From Neophaeotheca triangularis (taxonomy: Eukaryota), in NCBI GenBank assembly GCA_054600435.1, contig BAAIJX010000012.1, positions 62,001 to 126,000 on the forward strand: a DNA stretch of 64,000 bases, given 5' to 3'. Positions 47,852 through 59,940 of this stretch are shown here, piece by piece. The notes beneath the pieces were generated by a model, which saw only the letters and a list, made by a program, of their open reading frames with translations, ran no database searches and had not been told where the DNA came from. The position numbers and the translations under genes are program-made. The stretch's first letter is position 1. Every line of letters begins with the position of its first letter.

Positions 47852-49147
47852 TCACTCCATACCCTCCATCAATTCAACAGCATCCAGCACCATGCCCCGC
47901 TTCCCCACCCACTCCCTTAACGCTTCCCACTCCACACCCTCCTCATCACCCCTCCGTTCCCTATCCGCAAAACCCCAAGAGCCCGCAACCTCATCGACCG
48001 CCCGCCTCTCCTCCTCCCTCACCCAGCGCTCCCAAAGCGGCACCCCTTGCGCCCAAGTCACGCGATCCATCTGGTCGTTCGCAGTTGTGACGGCAATATA
48101 GCCCATACTGCTCACAGCAGCCACATAAGTCATGATGCCCGCGAAAGCGATACCGGTAGCTGTTTCCGGGGGCAGAGCGGAGGATTGGAGGTTCGAGAAT
48201 TGTTGCGAGAGAGTGTAAGCTGCCACGGGAGCGAGGGAGAGGCCCATACCCGGGATCAAGGCTTGCTTGATGAGTTTGGATTTCTTGTGGGCGGGGGTCG
48301 CGAATGTGGTCTCGATGATGGAGGTGCAGAGGCCGAGGTCGTGAATTTCGATTGCAGTTTCCAGCGCTTTGTTGGCGACGTCGGGATTGACGGCCGCGTT
48401 GGCTTTGTTAGGAGAGGCTTCGGTGTAGGTGACGCCGGCTCCGGAACTCTGGGGGACGGGTTTGCGAGCGTAGAGTTCGAAGACGTCGGGGAAGCTGTTT
48501 GGGCGGTCGAGGAGGCTTTGGAGGTCTACGTATTGCTTTAGTACGGCTGGGGTGAGGAAGATGAAGGGGTGTCGTGCGATTTCCTCGGCTCGGCTGCTGA
48601 TGTGCTCGAGGAGGGATTGTTTGGTGATCGGATTGTTTTGTTTGCCGTGGGAATTTACGGAGCCCAGTAGGGCCGAGGTTGCTGTGGTGTCGCTGCGGGA
48701 TTTTGATGGCCGAGCATCTTGTCTAGACGGCGTTTCGTGAAGTAGAGATTTAGCCATGGCTTCAAGTTGCTCGAGAACATAGATGATGCGCTGTTCCGGG
48801 GGCAGAGCGATTGAGGTCGGATGAAGGAGGGGGTTCGTAAGGTCTAGAATGCGGTACTGAATTGCCTCTAGGCCTGTTGGAGGGTTTGGTGTTCGCGAGG
48901 CTGTTTGCTCTGTTGCATAGAAGCGCGGCACTTGAGGAAATCGCTGCCTACTACGCTTTTGTTCCCTCGAATCCAGTGACTTGGTAGTGCTGTGATATGA
49001 AGCCAGGGGGAAACATGGTCCAGACACTGGTCGTGATCGAGGGAGCCGTGCCTTGGTCGCCGCCGCCTGAGGCCTCAGACTGCGCACCTGGCGCATGGCG
49101 GACAGACAGTTGTGGCATACTGGGAAGGTTATGCGGGTGATGTTCAT
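47852..49147 (-). CDS. Hypothetical fungal membrane protein, probably mitochondrial
   Basis: 431-aa ORF with a basic presequence-like N-terminus, two hydrophobic segments near the C-terminus, and a Trp-rich tail TTANDQMDRVTWAQGVPLWERWVREEER. Confidence 0.75.
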   Translation of the reverse strand: MNITRITFPVCHNCLSAMRQVRSLRPQAAATKARLPRSRPVSGPCFPLASYHSTTKSLDSREQKRSRQRFPQVPRFYATEQTASRTPNPPTGLEAIQYRILDLTNPLLHPTSIALPPEQRIIYVLEQLEAMAKSLLHETPSRQDARPSKSRSDTTATSALLGSVNSHGKQNNPITKQSLLEHISSRAEEIARHPFIFLTPAVLKQYVDLQSLLDRPNSFPDVFELYARKPVPQSSGAGVTYTEASPNKANAAVNPDVANKALETAIEIHDLGLCTSIIETTFATPAHKKSKLIKQALIPGMGLSLAPVAAYTLSQQFSNLQSSALPPETATGIAFAGIMTYVAAVSSMGYIAVTTANDQMDRVTWAQGVPLWERWVREEERRAVDEVAGSWGFADRERRGDEEGVEWEALREWVGKRGMVLDAVELMEGME

Positions 49148-49537
49148 CTTTGCTTGCTGTCAATTGTGAGGTACCAGAGCGAGAGACGCAGCACGTGAAA
49201 GAAAGAAGGGGTGAGGTTCGCATCGACCTTCAATCTAGCTGCGGCTCGGATCACGGATGCCATGAGGCTCAACACCAAGTGGCTGCAGCGTGACGAAAGA
49301 AGCCCGCCAAGACCAATGCCTAGGAAGTACTGTACCTTACCCATCCCAGACGAATCGACGACGGTTCATGCTGCGACAACTTCCCTCTGTCAACCTGCGC
49401 TTTTATCTCAAAAGGCGAGGCGTCCAACAGAAGAAACACCATCTTCGCAACATCTAACTAATCTGGGAACAGCCTATTCCCGGACTTACCTTTGAAACAA
49501 CCCAGACCCAGGGAGAGCGCTTCTAGGCGACCGCAAC

Positions 49538-51060
49538 ATGCCTGCTCCACCACCCCCTCCGCCTCCGCCACCACCCCCTGGAGCAGCAGGAGGTAGGGAA
49601 ACACCAACAATCGTTAGAATGCATTTTTACTGACTCTCCTAGGTCCCCCACCCCCTCCTCCGCCTCCTCCCCCCGGTAATCTTCCAAACAGGCCTCCTCC
49701 GGCCGCAGCTCAAGGACGAGGAGCTCTCCTCACCGACATCAGCAAAGGCACGAAGCTGAAGAAAGCCCAAACAAACGATCGATCTGCGCCTGTAGTAGGT
49801 GGCGGAGGGGCAAGCAATGCTTCGGCCGGTCCACCTTCAGGTGGCGCACCACCCGTGCCTGGACTGGCTCCCCCAGGTGGTGGAAATAGGGCGCGGAGCA
49901 ATTCTGACCAAGGTAGTGGAGGAGGCGGAGGCATGGAAAGTTCAGCGCCTCAACTGGGAGGAATCTTCGCCGGAGTTGGGATGCCGAAGTTACGGAAGAG
50001 TGGTGGAGTAAAGACTGGCGCATACGACTCGGACCCGGGAGAGAGTTCAGCGCGCAGCCCTCCTCGACCCCCCTCAGCAAGCCCGAAGCCTCCAGGCACT
50101 CCTCCGGCTCCTCCTCCAGCTCCTCCCGGCGCAGCGCCTCCTCCACCAGCACCTCCTTCTGTCCCGTCTTTTAGGGACAACCTCAAACCATCCGACGCAG
50201 GTCGGTCAGAGAGCACACCTCCACTCCCATCGACAAAACCCAAACCCCCTCCGCCAATTGGCAAAAAGCCACCGATGCCACCTCCAGCCTCTCGGAAACC
50301 AAGCTCTACCGCTCCCCCGCCCCCTAGAACTGCGAGTCCACAACCTCCAGCTGCACCTCCACCACCTCCTGGTGGCCCTCCACGACCTCCTCCTCCACCA
50401 TCAAATCGCTCTGCGCCTGCACCGCCGGCACCGGCACCACCACCTCCTCCGCCACCAACTCCACCAGATATGAACGGCAGCAACACAGCACGCGAACCAA
50501 ATATGGCCGAGACAGCAGCCCGCAATGCTTTCCGCACAGCCAGTCCAGCCGCGCCACCACCACCCCCTCCCCCAGTCCCCCCGCAAGAAGAAAACCCAAG
50601 CACAAGCCCAGAACCCCCAGCGCCACCTCCGCCACCCCCATCCGCACCTCCCATGCGACCCGATAGCAGCGCTCCAGCTCCACCACCGCCGCCGCCGCCC
50701 CCTCAGTCCCGAAGCGCAAGCCACGCGCCTCCGCCACCGCCACCACCACCACAAGAAGAGAAGCCAATTCCAACTCCTGCAAGAGCCATGGACCCAAGCA
50801 CGTACACCCTCACCAACGGCGACGGCGGCAACCGCGAGCGCAGCTCCAGCAACACCAACATTTTCGGCCACGGGGGAGGCGGCTACGCTCTCGGTGGCAA
50901 CAACGCGGGTGGCGGCGAGAGATTCGTCGTGCAGGATTCCAGGTGGAGGTTTCAGGATGATGGTCAATTACCCATTCCGCGTGGTTTCACTGGGGTAGCT
51001 AAAAGATACAGGGCCGGGAGGGGAAGTAGTGTACCTTTGGATTTGTCGGCTTTTTCTTGA
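49538..51060 (+). CDS. VRP1: Verprolin/WIP homolog, 2 exons
   Basis: MPAPPPPPPPP start; intron 49593-49642; WH2 domain GRGALLTDISKGTKLKKAQTNDRSAP; second motif QLGGIFAGVGMPKLRK; polyproline body; C-terminal DSRWRF...LPIPRGF...YRAGRGSSVPLDL. Confidence 0.93.
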
Positions 51061-51600
51061 GCTAAAGTAAACGGGTTGATTGGGACATGGATTCTACGAG
51101 GTGTCAAGAGAATTACTCGTGTGAGAGGAGTGATCAAGTTTAGCGGGAGTTTTGGGAGGGCGTAGTATGTAGCGTTTTGTATGGATTCTAGCAAAGGATA
51201 GATGAATCAGAACTTTTGGTGGCCTGTCATGTTGTCCCACATCATGGATTTGAGAACAGCCATATTAACACCACTGCTACCGCTGGGCCTCTCATACTCC
51301 CTCATTCTTTCAATAGAAGTCGCTTAAGCATAAACGCTCTTCGCTCTTACGCACGGCGTCAAGCAGCTCATAGTCCTATCTTATCTTCCAATTCCTCTTT
51401 CACCGTGGGCTTTCCTTTCCATCTCGTGCTCATGTGCCGCCTTCTTGTCACGATAGCGAGCATTTACCCAGTGACTTTCCGTCCGAGAGCCTGGCTGGGC
51501 CCACTCAAGCACCAGCAGCAGACCTCCCCACACCGAGCTCTTCAATCCAAGCTACCGCGAACCACACGTCCATTAATCTTCCTCCAAACCCCCCGTCCCC

Positions 51601-52178
51601 TCAAGCCCCAGCAGCAGCCGCCGCCGGCTGCCCCTGGCCCTGCTGCCCTCCACCACCACCACCACCTTCTCCCTTCAACATCTTCTGCCTCAAAACTTCC
51701 TCCACAACACGCAGATTCTGCGCCTTCCCATTCACAACCTCCTCCAACCCCTTAACATTTCCCCCCAACTCTTCAACCTTGCGCTCATAAAACTTCCTCG
51801 CACTCTCCACATCCTTTTCAACGTAAAAGCCCGTTCCCACATCCACTAAAACATGTTCCGTGGAAGCGAGGGTGCCGGGGACGTAGAGGGAGGAGGTCAG
51901 GGGCACGAGGAGGGGTTTTGGCGTTGGTTGTGGGGTCAGGCCGGTTTTCAGCGAGGCGATGCAATCGCGGAATTTTTGCTGCGCGCCGCGGAGGTTTTGG
52001 TGGGAGGTGGTTAGGTGCTGGATCTCGTCGTCGAGTTGTTTTTTGATTTGGGAGAGTTGTTGGGCGGGAATTGTGGAGAGGTCGACTGGTTTGGGGGGTC
52101 AGTCGGTTGGTTGGCATTTGGCAGGTAGGGAGGGGGGTTTTTACTTTGTTGGCCTTGGCCTTGACCGCCGGACGCCAT
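51601..52178 (-). CDS. GIM5: Prefoldin subunit 5 (alpha-type), 2 exons
   Basis: ATG at 52178; intron 52144-52086; IDLSTIPAQQLSQIKKQLDDEIQHL...LLVPLTSSLYVPG...VLVDVGTGFYVEK. Confidence 0.94.
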
Positions 52179-52421
52179 TGTATAGGCTGTGCAATGCAAA
52201 TGTGTTGGGTTCAAGATACGGGAGAGTAGGTCAAGGGCGCCCTTGTGTCACGTGTGCGGCGCACAAAAAGTGAAGTTGGTACAGTCCAGCACCAGCACCT
52301 GCAAGCCTCCCCCGCGCTTGCTGCGCCGTGCGAGGACGGTTGCCCACACGTATCTACTTACCCGGCCCGAGATCCATGTCCCGTAGCTCTACGGATAGTA
52401 CGGAAGGCACCTATTCCGCTC

Positions 52422-52710
52422 TTAATTATTACTACTACTACTTCTAGGCACATTAGGTATTATTATACAACAACAGAAGAATGAAGATACTAATAGCACC
52501 CCTTTACAACCTAGAGGTTACGTATAGTAGGTTATATATAAAATACTACTAGTAACTACAAGTTAATACTAGTAAGTAGCTGAACAAGTTAAAGCCACTA
52601 GTACTAATACTACTAGTAGTAAGTAGTACTAGTACTAGTACTACTAAGGACTACTTTAGTCCTAAGCTAGTACTGTATATATATCTATATAATAACCTAT
52701 CCCTCCCTCT
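52422..52710. other. AT-rich, TpA-enriched island with RIP-like composition
   Basis: Dense TACTACTAGTAG/TATATA text with few CpA/TpG, sharply bounded by GC-rich flanks; no recognisable TE remnant. Confidence 0.6.
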
Positions 52711-52972
52711 ATCCTGATATTAAGAGCGTCGTAAGGCTGTTGCCATATCATAAAGTCGTACGGTCGCTAATGTATCGCAAGGTTGCCGTCGCATCGTAAA
52801 TTCATGTCGTAGATGAGGTGCGCATGCAGGACATGAAATGAGCGCTAGGTATGTGTGGGCCACCAACCGAGAAAGAAGAGCAAGGATTGATAGAAGCCGA
52901 CATGCTTCGACGGAATCAAACCGCACTTACTCAAGGTCACTCTATTGCGGCTGCGCGCGCGCTACCCACACA

Positions 52973-55515
52973 ATGGAATCCGTCGCCAATCTCGCCAACT
53001 ACGCGCTCCTGGCGCAAGACGCTTCGCAAGCGCAAGAATCGCCCCAGCAGAGCGAAAGCCCCGCGCAGCAACCTCAGTCCAACAAGCGCAAGGCCGGCTC
53101 CGGCGACGATGTCGTTTCTTCGCAACAGCAACAGCAACGCGCCAAGCGCAATCGCTATATTAGCATCGCTTGTAATGAGTGCAAGCGCCGGAAGATCAAA
53201 TGCAATGGCCAGACGCCTTGCCAGCGGTGCGGTAACTTGAATCTGGAATGCGTGTACGCCCCGAATTGCTGCAATGGGTTTAAAGAGACGCAGGAGTATA
53301 AGGAGTTGTCGCAGCAGGTTCAGGGCTTGAGAGAGCAGGTCGCGGTTCTGTTTGAGGCTCTTGAGGGCTTGAGGGGTGTCGTCGGGGAAGCGAGGACGGA
53401 TCGCGAACAGCTACTGCGGCAGGAGGGGATTGATCCTGCTTTGCGGCTGCAGGGGTACGAGCAATTTGGGAGCAATGGCATGGGAGAAGTTACGTCGGAA
53501 TTGGCCCGGCCCAAGAGTCGCGCTCAAGTGCAGCAGCCGAGTTTTCGCGGTCCTACGAGCTCGGATTTCAATTTCAGCGTTGCGAGAAGTAGCCTGCAGA
53601 CTATGGGTATTACTGGGCAGTCGCAAGGGATGGACGACGATGGGGCTCAGGGCGAAGGTGGGAACGTTTCCCATCAGTCGCCCGTTAGATCGCCACCTCC
53701 ACCGAGACAGGAGTCTGGAAGCTCACAGCCTTTTCGAAAGGGCAAGGATCCTATCTGGAAGGTCTCGAAAGAGGAGGCCCTCAGGCTTTGCACCCTCTTC
53801 GAGGACGAAATGGGTTTGATGTATCCTGTTGTCAGTGTCGACAGGTTGCAGGCTTATGCTGTCAGGCTGTACGGGTTCATGGACGCTGTGACGAGGAATG
53901 GCTTTGTGCAGCTGGGCATGCCCGGCGCCGATGCTATTGATGACGAGGACACGAATATTTTGAAGGTTGTTCTGGCTATTGCTATGACCGTGGAGGGCTC
54001 GGGGCGTAGCGAGCAGGGCACGAAACTTTTTGAGTATGTTCAGCCGGAGATTGATGCTACTCTACTCGGGAATGTTGGCGTAAAAGGAGTTCAATTGCTT
54101 GCGCTGACGGTAAGTATTCCCGACAGTTCACCGGCGACGAACCGAACATTCTTGCTGACGATTCTCAGGCAATGTACAACTTCAATCGCGACAACGAAGG
54201 CACAAGTTGGCGCATCATAGGCCTGACTGCGCGCTTGTGTATCGAGCTTGGTCTGCACAGACGTGAGACTTACGAAATGATAAAAGACGACTCCGAGCGC
54301 GTTGAAACGACCCTTCTGTTTTGGGCAATTTACGTGCTGGACAGGCGCTGGTCGCTAGGTACCGGCATGCCCTTTGCCCTACAAGACGCCGACATCGATC
54401 CCCTCCTCCCCAAGCCAGCAGATCATTCTCCCTACCTCAACTGCATGATCCAATACTCCGCTCTGGGTAGCAAAGTCTGGCGCACCGTCGTTTCAACACC
54501 GTCCCCGCTCTCCTCGGGCGGCACCAGTGCCGACGAAATGGCCTACCTTGACTACCAAGTGGTCCAATGGCACCGCAACGTGCCCGTCCACCTGCGCTTC
54601 GAGCACCCCTCGCAATCTGCGCAATCCCTTAATCCAATAGGTCCGTCGCCCTCCCGAGCCGGTCGCCGCCTCCGCATCCTCCTCTACCTCCGCGCCAACC
54701 AAATGCGCATCCTCATCTACCGACCCGTCCTTCACTCGGCAACCTCGATCATGCAATTCCGCAACCAAGCGCACATCGTCGTCGACGTGGCCAAAGACAC
54801 AATCCGCGTGCTCACGCACATCAACCAGACGACAGATTTATACCGCACGCAGCAAGTCCTCTTCAACGCTTTCCTGACATCGGCGCTCGCCGTCATGTTT
54901 CTCGCGATCGCGCACACTCCCGCCATCTTCGCCGATGCCGTGCGAGAGGAGTTCTACATGGCGTTGGAGCTCGTGCGCGGGTTCAGCAAGGACAGTTTCG
55001 TGAGTAAACGGTTGTGGAAAACGATCCGCGTGCTTAAAGAAGTGGCACCTCATGTTGGGCTCGCTGTTGGCAAGAACAGCGATGACCCGCAATTACTGCG
55101 ACAGCGCTTGCAGCAGCAGCGTGGCCAGGGTCAGGGCCAGGGCCAGACTGGCGGTGATGTCGATCCCTCGCGCTCGGCGGCCGTGGCTATGGCAGGGTTG
55201 GCTGGACACGACGTCACGGATGAGATGGCGCTTTTCCAGAATGGTCGTCACGACAACTCGTTGTGGAGTGGGGCCATGGGGAGCAGTAGTAGTCCCGAGG
55301 GAATTGCGAACGATCTGACGAATTTGTTCGAGGCCGCCGGGGGTTATCAAGCGCTTGGGGAAGATGGATCGCATCGGCAGCAAGGTCTTCAGCAGCATGG
55401 GTATGCGATGCAGGGACAGAGACAGTTGGGCAGCGGTGCGCAGAGTGATGGCGGCATTGCTGCGATGTTTGGGGGAGAGGAGGGGTTGAGTGGGATTTTG
55501 AAGGAGCTGTTTTAG
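52973..55515 (+). CDS. Zn(II)2Cys6 transcription factor with fungal-specific middle homology domain, 2 exons
   Basis: ACNECKRRKIKCNGQTPCQRCGNLNLECVY followed by a coiled coil; intron 54110-54168; ARLCIELGLHR...FWAIYVLDRRWSLGTGMP. Confidence 0.94.
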
Positions 55516-56339
55516 ATGAGGACTTGTTTTGTAGACATATGAATTAAGTGCGCATGAAACACTGCTCTCGGGCTTGTCACTGTCAGCTCAAGTTATACGT
55601 GGTGGTAGGTGAATGTAGCTGGGAGATTATGCTGGATACTTTATGTACAGTATGTCAGTCAATGTCTTGGCAGTCAATAGTGGGCATCCGGCATCCCACT
55701 TTGCAGACTGCTGCATGCACAAAGCCAAGACATACCCACCTCAAACATCCAACCCTTCCGTGACAATTGCAACGACACCTCGCCCCCCGTGTAGCCCCCC
55801 ATTGTACCCGACTGACAACGCACGATAGAGAAGCACATTGATATTGCACTTCAGCAACTTACTCGCCAGCTCCACAGCTACAGCCTCCCCGCTTACCGCA
55901 ACAGGCAACGACAGTGATGAGGGGCGGAGTGTAGCGGTTGAGATAGTGAAACGCTTCAAAAGACGTCGCTCGTTAACCTGAACCCTTCCTCGACGGACAG
56001 GCAATACCTCCACCAACCCCCTTCCGTCAAGTGAGATCAGAGAACTCGCGCGCCGCCGCCATTACCACCTGCGATCTGGATCCCTCCCGCACCACGGCGG
56101 GCAGTGCATCCGCAAATAGGTCCGCCATCCTCCGAGGCCTAGTCGCCCAAAGCACGCACGCGATAGTCCAAAGCCAGCTCGACCTCTGGCGCGCCGTCGA
56201 AGCCAACGCCGAAGAGCTTGCCGACCCCACCACCACCTCCTCCACCAGCGACGGCGAGTACCTCCAACTGCCCGACAATACCCCCTCGAAACCGCGCAAT
56301 AACGTAAACCAAATCGCCCCGGACGAGCACGACGTCAGC

Positions 56340-57581
56340 ATGTCCTCCTCTTCACAAGCGCCCGAGAGCTGGATCTCGGCTTTTTGTTCGCTCGTGGGCC
56401 ACGAGTACTTTGCAGAAGTCTCCGAGGATTTTATCGAGGACGATTTCAACCTCACTGGTTTGCAGAGTCAGGTGCCTATGTATAAGGAAGCTTTGGAAAT
56501 GATTTTGGACGTCGAACCGGAAGATGCGAGTGACGAGGAGGATGAGGAGGAAGACGACGAGGATGAGGACTTGGATGGCATGTTGGCGGAGGGCGACGGC
56601 ATGGGGGGTTACCGGCGTGCTATGGACGCCGCGGCAGATGCCATTGAACGGCGGCATATGCGCATCACCAGCGATTTGAGTGTCATCGAGAGCTCAGCCG
56701 AGATGCTATACGGCCTCATCCACCAGCGCTTCATCACCAGCCGGCCAGGGATCACGCAAATGGCAGAAAAGTACGAACTCGGGCACTTCGGCCACTGCCC
56801 CCGCGTCTTCTGCCATGGAGCAAAAGTCCTTCCGGTCGGCATAGCAGACATACCAGGCCAAGAAACGGTCAAGCTCTTCTGCCCAAGCTGCCTAGATGTC
56901 TACAGCCCGCCCAACAGCCGGTTCCAAACTGTCGACGGCGCCTTCTTCGGCACAACCTTCGGCTGCCTCTTTTTCATGACCTTCCCCGAACTCGAAGTCG
57001 GCGGGCAGCAAAAACCCCCACCCAGCCCGTCAGCCGCCCAAGACGCTCCCGGTTCCTCCCCCCTCAGCAGCATCGCGCACTCCAACTCCCGCACTTCCGC
57101 GTCCCAGCAGCAAGCCCAAGCCCTCTCCTCGATCCCGCCGCAACCGGAGAATATCAACGGTGTCGCCCCCAAAAACCTCGCCCCCGGCCTTGGCGCCGGC
57201 CAAATCTACGAACCGCGCATCTACGGATTCCGCGTTAGCGAAGTCGCGAAGACTGGGCCGAGGATGAAGTGGTTGCGCTCAAGACCTGCGGACGTTACGG
57301 AACTGGATGAAGTGCGGTTGGAAAGCGAGGCGCAAGCTGCCGCAGCGGAAAGGGAAGCGCAGGCAGGTGGCAAGCGGGGGCCCGCTGACTTGGAGGGGGA
57401 CGAGGAAATGGGCATGGATGAGGAGGACGAGATTGGGGAGGAAGAAGACGTCGGGGCGCAGGAGGAAGATGTGGGCCTCAAGGATCGGGGGCCGGGGGAG
57501 AAGGAGGCGAGGAAGGTTATTGGCGCCAAGGCTAGGTCGAATGGGAGGAGGAGAGGGGATGCTAATGGGGGTGCGGGTTAG
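56340..57581 (+). CDS. CKB1: Casein kinase II regulatory subunit beta (Ckb1 type)
   Basis: First ATG at 56340. SWISAFCSLVGHEYFAEVSEDFIEDDFNLTGL, acidic loop, LYGLIHQRF, zinc ribbon CPRVFC...CPSC, DGAFFG, YEPRIYGFRV. Confidence 0.95.
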   Translation: MSSSSQAPESWISAFCSLVGHEYFAEVSEDFIEDDFNLTGLQSQVPMYKEALEMILDVEPEDASDEEDEEEDDEDEDLDGMLAEGDGMGGYRRAMDAAADAIERRHMRITSDLSVIESSAEMLYGLIHQRFITSRPGITQMAEKYELGHFGHCPRVFCHGAKVLPVGIADIPGQETVKLFCPSCLDVYSPPNSRFQTVDGAFFGTTFGCLFFMTFPELEVGGQQKPPPSPSAAQDAPGSSPLSSIAHSNSRTSASQQQAQALSSIPPQPENINGVAPKNLAPGLGAGQIYEPRIYGFRVSEVAKTGPRMKWLRSRPADVTELDEVRLESEAQAAAAEREAQAGGKRGPADLEGDEEMGMDEEDEIGEEEDVGAQEEDVGLKDRGPGEKEARKVIGAKARSNGRRRGDANGGAG

Positions 57582-58066
57582 TGTGTTGGCTTATTGGAAG
57601 GTGATGGATATTGGCGGAGAGAAGATTGATGTGCCCGATGACGTTGACGTGGTCACTAGCATGAGGCGTCCCGGCGATGTGGGTAGTGGAGATGGAATTT
57701 GTTTTCGTTTGATAATACCACGGGGAATTGAAAAACGCTTTCTGAGACTTGCACCTTTTCACGGTTTCTTGACTTACGTCTTCGTGACCGGGTAGGCTTT
57801 CTAGTTTCTACCTACTTGTTTTCTCGTAGCCCATTGCGACGAAGGGAACCACATGGCCGGTACACGCTTTCACTGCGGCCACGACCCTTGCTAGTGCTAG
57901 TGCTGGTGCGTTGCGACTACATCGTGGCAGTGGTGAACCTGTCCTGAGCCCTTTTCAACGTTACCTGGTAGATGCGTCGTCCTAAGCGCTTCATCTCCGT
58001 ACGCGCAGCCGCACATCCCTGACGCCCAAGCTCCAGTAGGCCAGACCTACTCCACACTTAGTCCCT

Positions 58067-59906
58067 TCACAACACTCTATCCCATACATCCACCCCGTCC
58101 ACCTCGTCCACCCCGTCTACCCCATCCACCTCATCATCGTCCCACAAGAACCCCCGACAAGCAAACTCCCCGCAGTTACACCTAGGCAAATCCCTATACC
58201 TGGGATCCCTCAGCTTAGCCTCCCTCTTCCTAACAATCTCCTCATCTTCTTCATCATCACGATCCGCATAATCAAAAACCAGCTCGCTGCCCTTGGGAAT
58301 CCTCTCAATAGCAAAGAACGCCAGGTCATAAACCCAAAAATCATTCTTGTTGTAACTGACGGTATGCTGCCTGACATTGGGCACGCAAGAATGATTGATG
58401 AACCGGCCGACGTTGCCCATGTACTGCCCGTCCACGACGTGGCAGGTGTCTTTCGTGAGACCGTCGACTTCGTCGGTGAACTTGTCTAGACTGTAGAGGT
58501 AGGAGCCTTTAAGAATGCCGGCGTCCGTCTCCCGCGAGCTCGCTTCGGCGTTGCTAATGACTTCGCCTAGGTAGACATCTATGAATTCGCCTGCGAGGAG
58601 TTCTTCTTCGCAGCGTACGCCCCAGCCGCGGTTGGGGGTTTTGAAGATTGTGAGGGGTACGCGCCGCCCTTTCTGCACGAGGCGGGATTTGCAGAGCGAT
58701 CCACAGTTGCAATTTGAATTGCATTCATATATGGGCCGGCGGGAGTTGCGGTAGAAGGACGTGAGGGTGGATGAGTGTCTTGGGTCTTTTGGCACTTGGT
58801 AGGGGAACTTCTTTGGGAGGTTCTCGAAGACTGTTTGTCCTGTTGCCTTTTGTTCGAGGTAAAGGGCGTATTTGTCCAGGTCTGAGGATTTTAGTCGCTC
58901 TTCGTCCACGTCGGCGTATTCGAGACAGCTGCACTTTTGTGTGTACTCGCATCCGCGATTGAGACCCATGTTAGGTTTGCACGGCAGAGGGCATCCTTCT
59001 TGTGTAGCTGGGTCAGCACGCTCTACCGGATCCCGAAGCACAAACTCGTCGACGAATGTAAAGTCAAGCGAGGGCGCCGAATTGTCGATGTTGTTCTCGA
59101 ACGATATGTTGCGGCCTCGGAGCTTCTCGGCAAAAGCCCTCCAGACAGCCTTTTCGCCTTGGTGTACGTGAGCGGTTCGCGCGTGCTCTCGCATCTCCGG
59201 GGAGGGTAGTGTTGTTGCATCGATCGCGATTGTTTGCACCGGGTCCTGCGTCTGTCGAGTGTCAGCACGGATGCTAGAAGGTAGGTAGTAGGCTGAGGCA
59301 TGATGTGAAGCTTACCTTGTGTGTCACGACCTCGCCATTCTTCCTAACTAGGACGGCATTGAAAACCAACCCTTTTGCATGCTTCGCTTCTGTTCCATTC
59401 ACTGCCCCAGAAACCGAAGGTGACCGGGAGGAAGAAGTCAGAGAGCGCTCCGTTTGGGAGAGCAGCTTAGGTAAGCCGCGCGCGTCACGTGACACCAAGT
59501 CTTCCTGAGGCGAGTCGCGCTTTCGTTTCAAGTTGCGGGTGCCGTCCGGGTGGTCGTGATTGTGTCCGTTGAGGCCAGTAGATTGGCCGAGGCTTCTTGA
59601 GATGGAAAGTGACTCAATATACGCCTGTACCAGATGGAGGCAGTCGCGAAGCTCGTCTAGGCGATGCCACGAGCAAGGCGCGTCGCGTCTGTGTCTTGAC
59701 CGCCAGCGGATAAGATACTCTTCTGACTGCGATAAGAGGTTAGTGGGAGGTCGCTAGGCCTTGAGCAAACTTGGAGAGAGACGCACATCATTGTTGACCC
59801 GGTGGGAAAGCACCTTAGAGACCTTAGGAGAAGGTACAATGTGGGCGTGCGGGAGGAGACTAGGATAAGGCAAAACTGGCACTCCAATCCTTCGCGTCTT
59901 CGGCAT
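58067..59906 (-). CDS. dim-5: Histone H3K9 methyltransferase (Clr4/DIM-5/KMT1 family) with N-terminal chromodomain-like segment, 3 exons
   Basis: Exons 59906-59787, 59726-59316, 59251-58067 (an upstream in-frame ATG exists at 59942). Pre-SET cysteines (CSCL, IYECNSNCNCGSLC), SET motifs RGWGV, YLGEVI, RFINHSC, ELVFDY, post-SET CNCGEFACRGFL. Confidence 0.9.
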
Positions 59907-59940
59907 AGTGTGGTAACGGTCGACACCGGCCGTGCTAAAC

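Noticed and set aside
49538..50800. Dense CCN repeats suggesting a tandem array
   Set aside because: Fully explained by verprolin polyproline coding.
4242..52178. Two prefoldin subunit genes in one window
   Set aside because: About 47 kb and many unrelated genes apart; no sign of clustering beyond chance.
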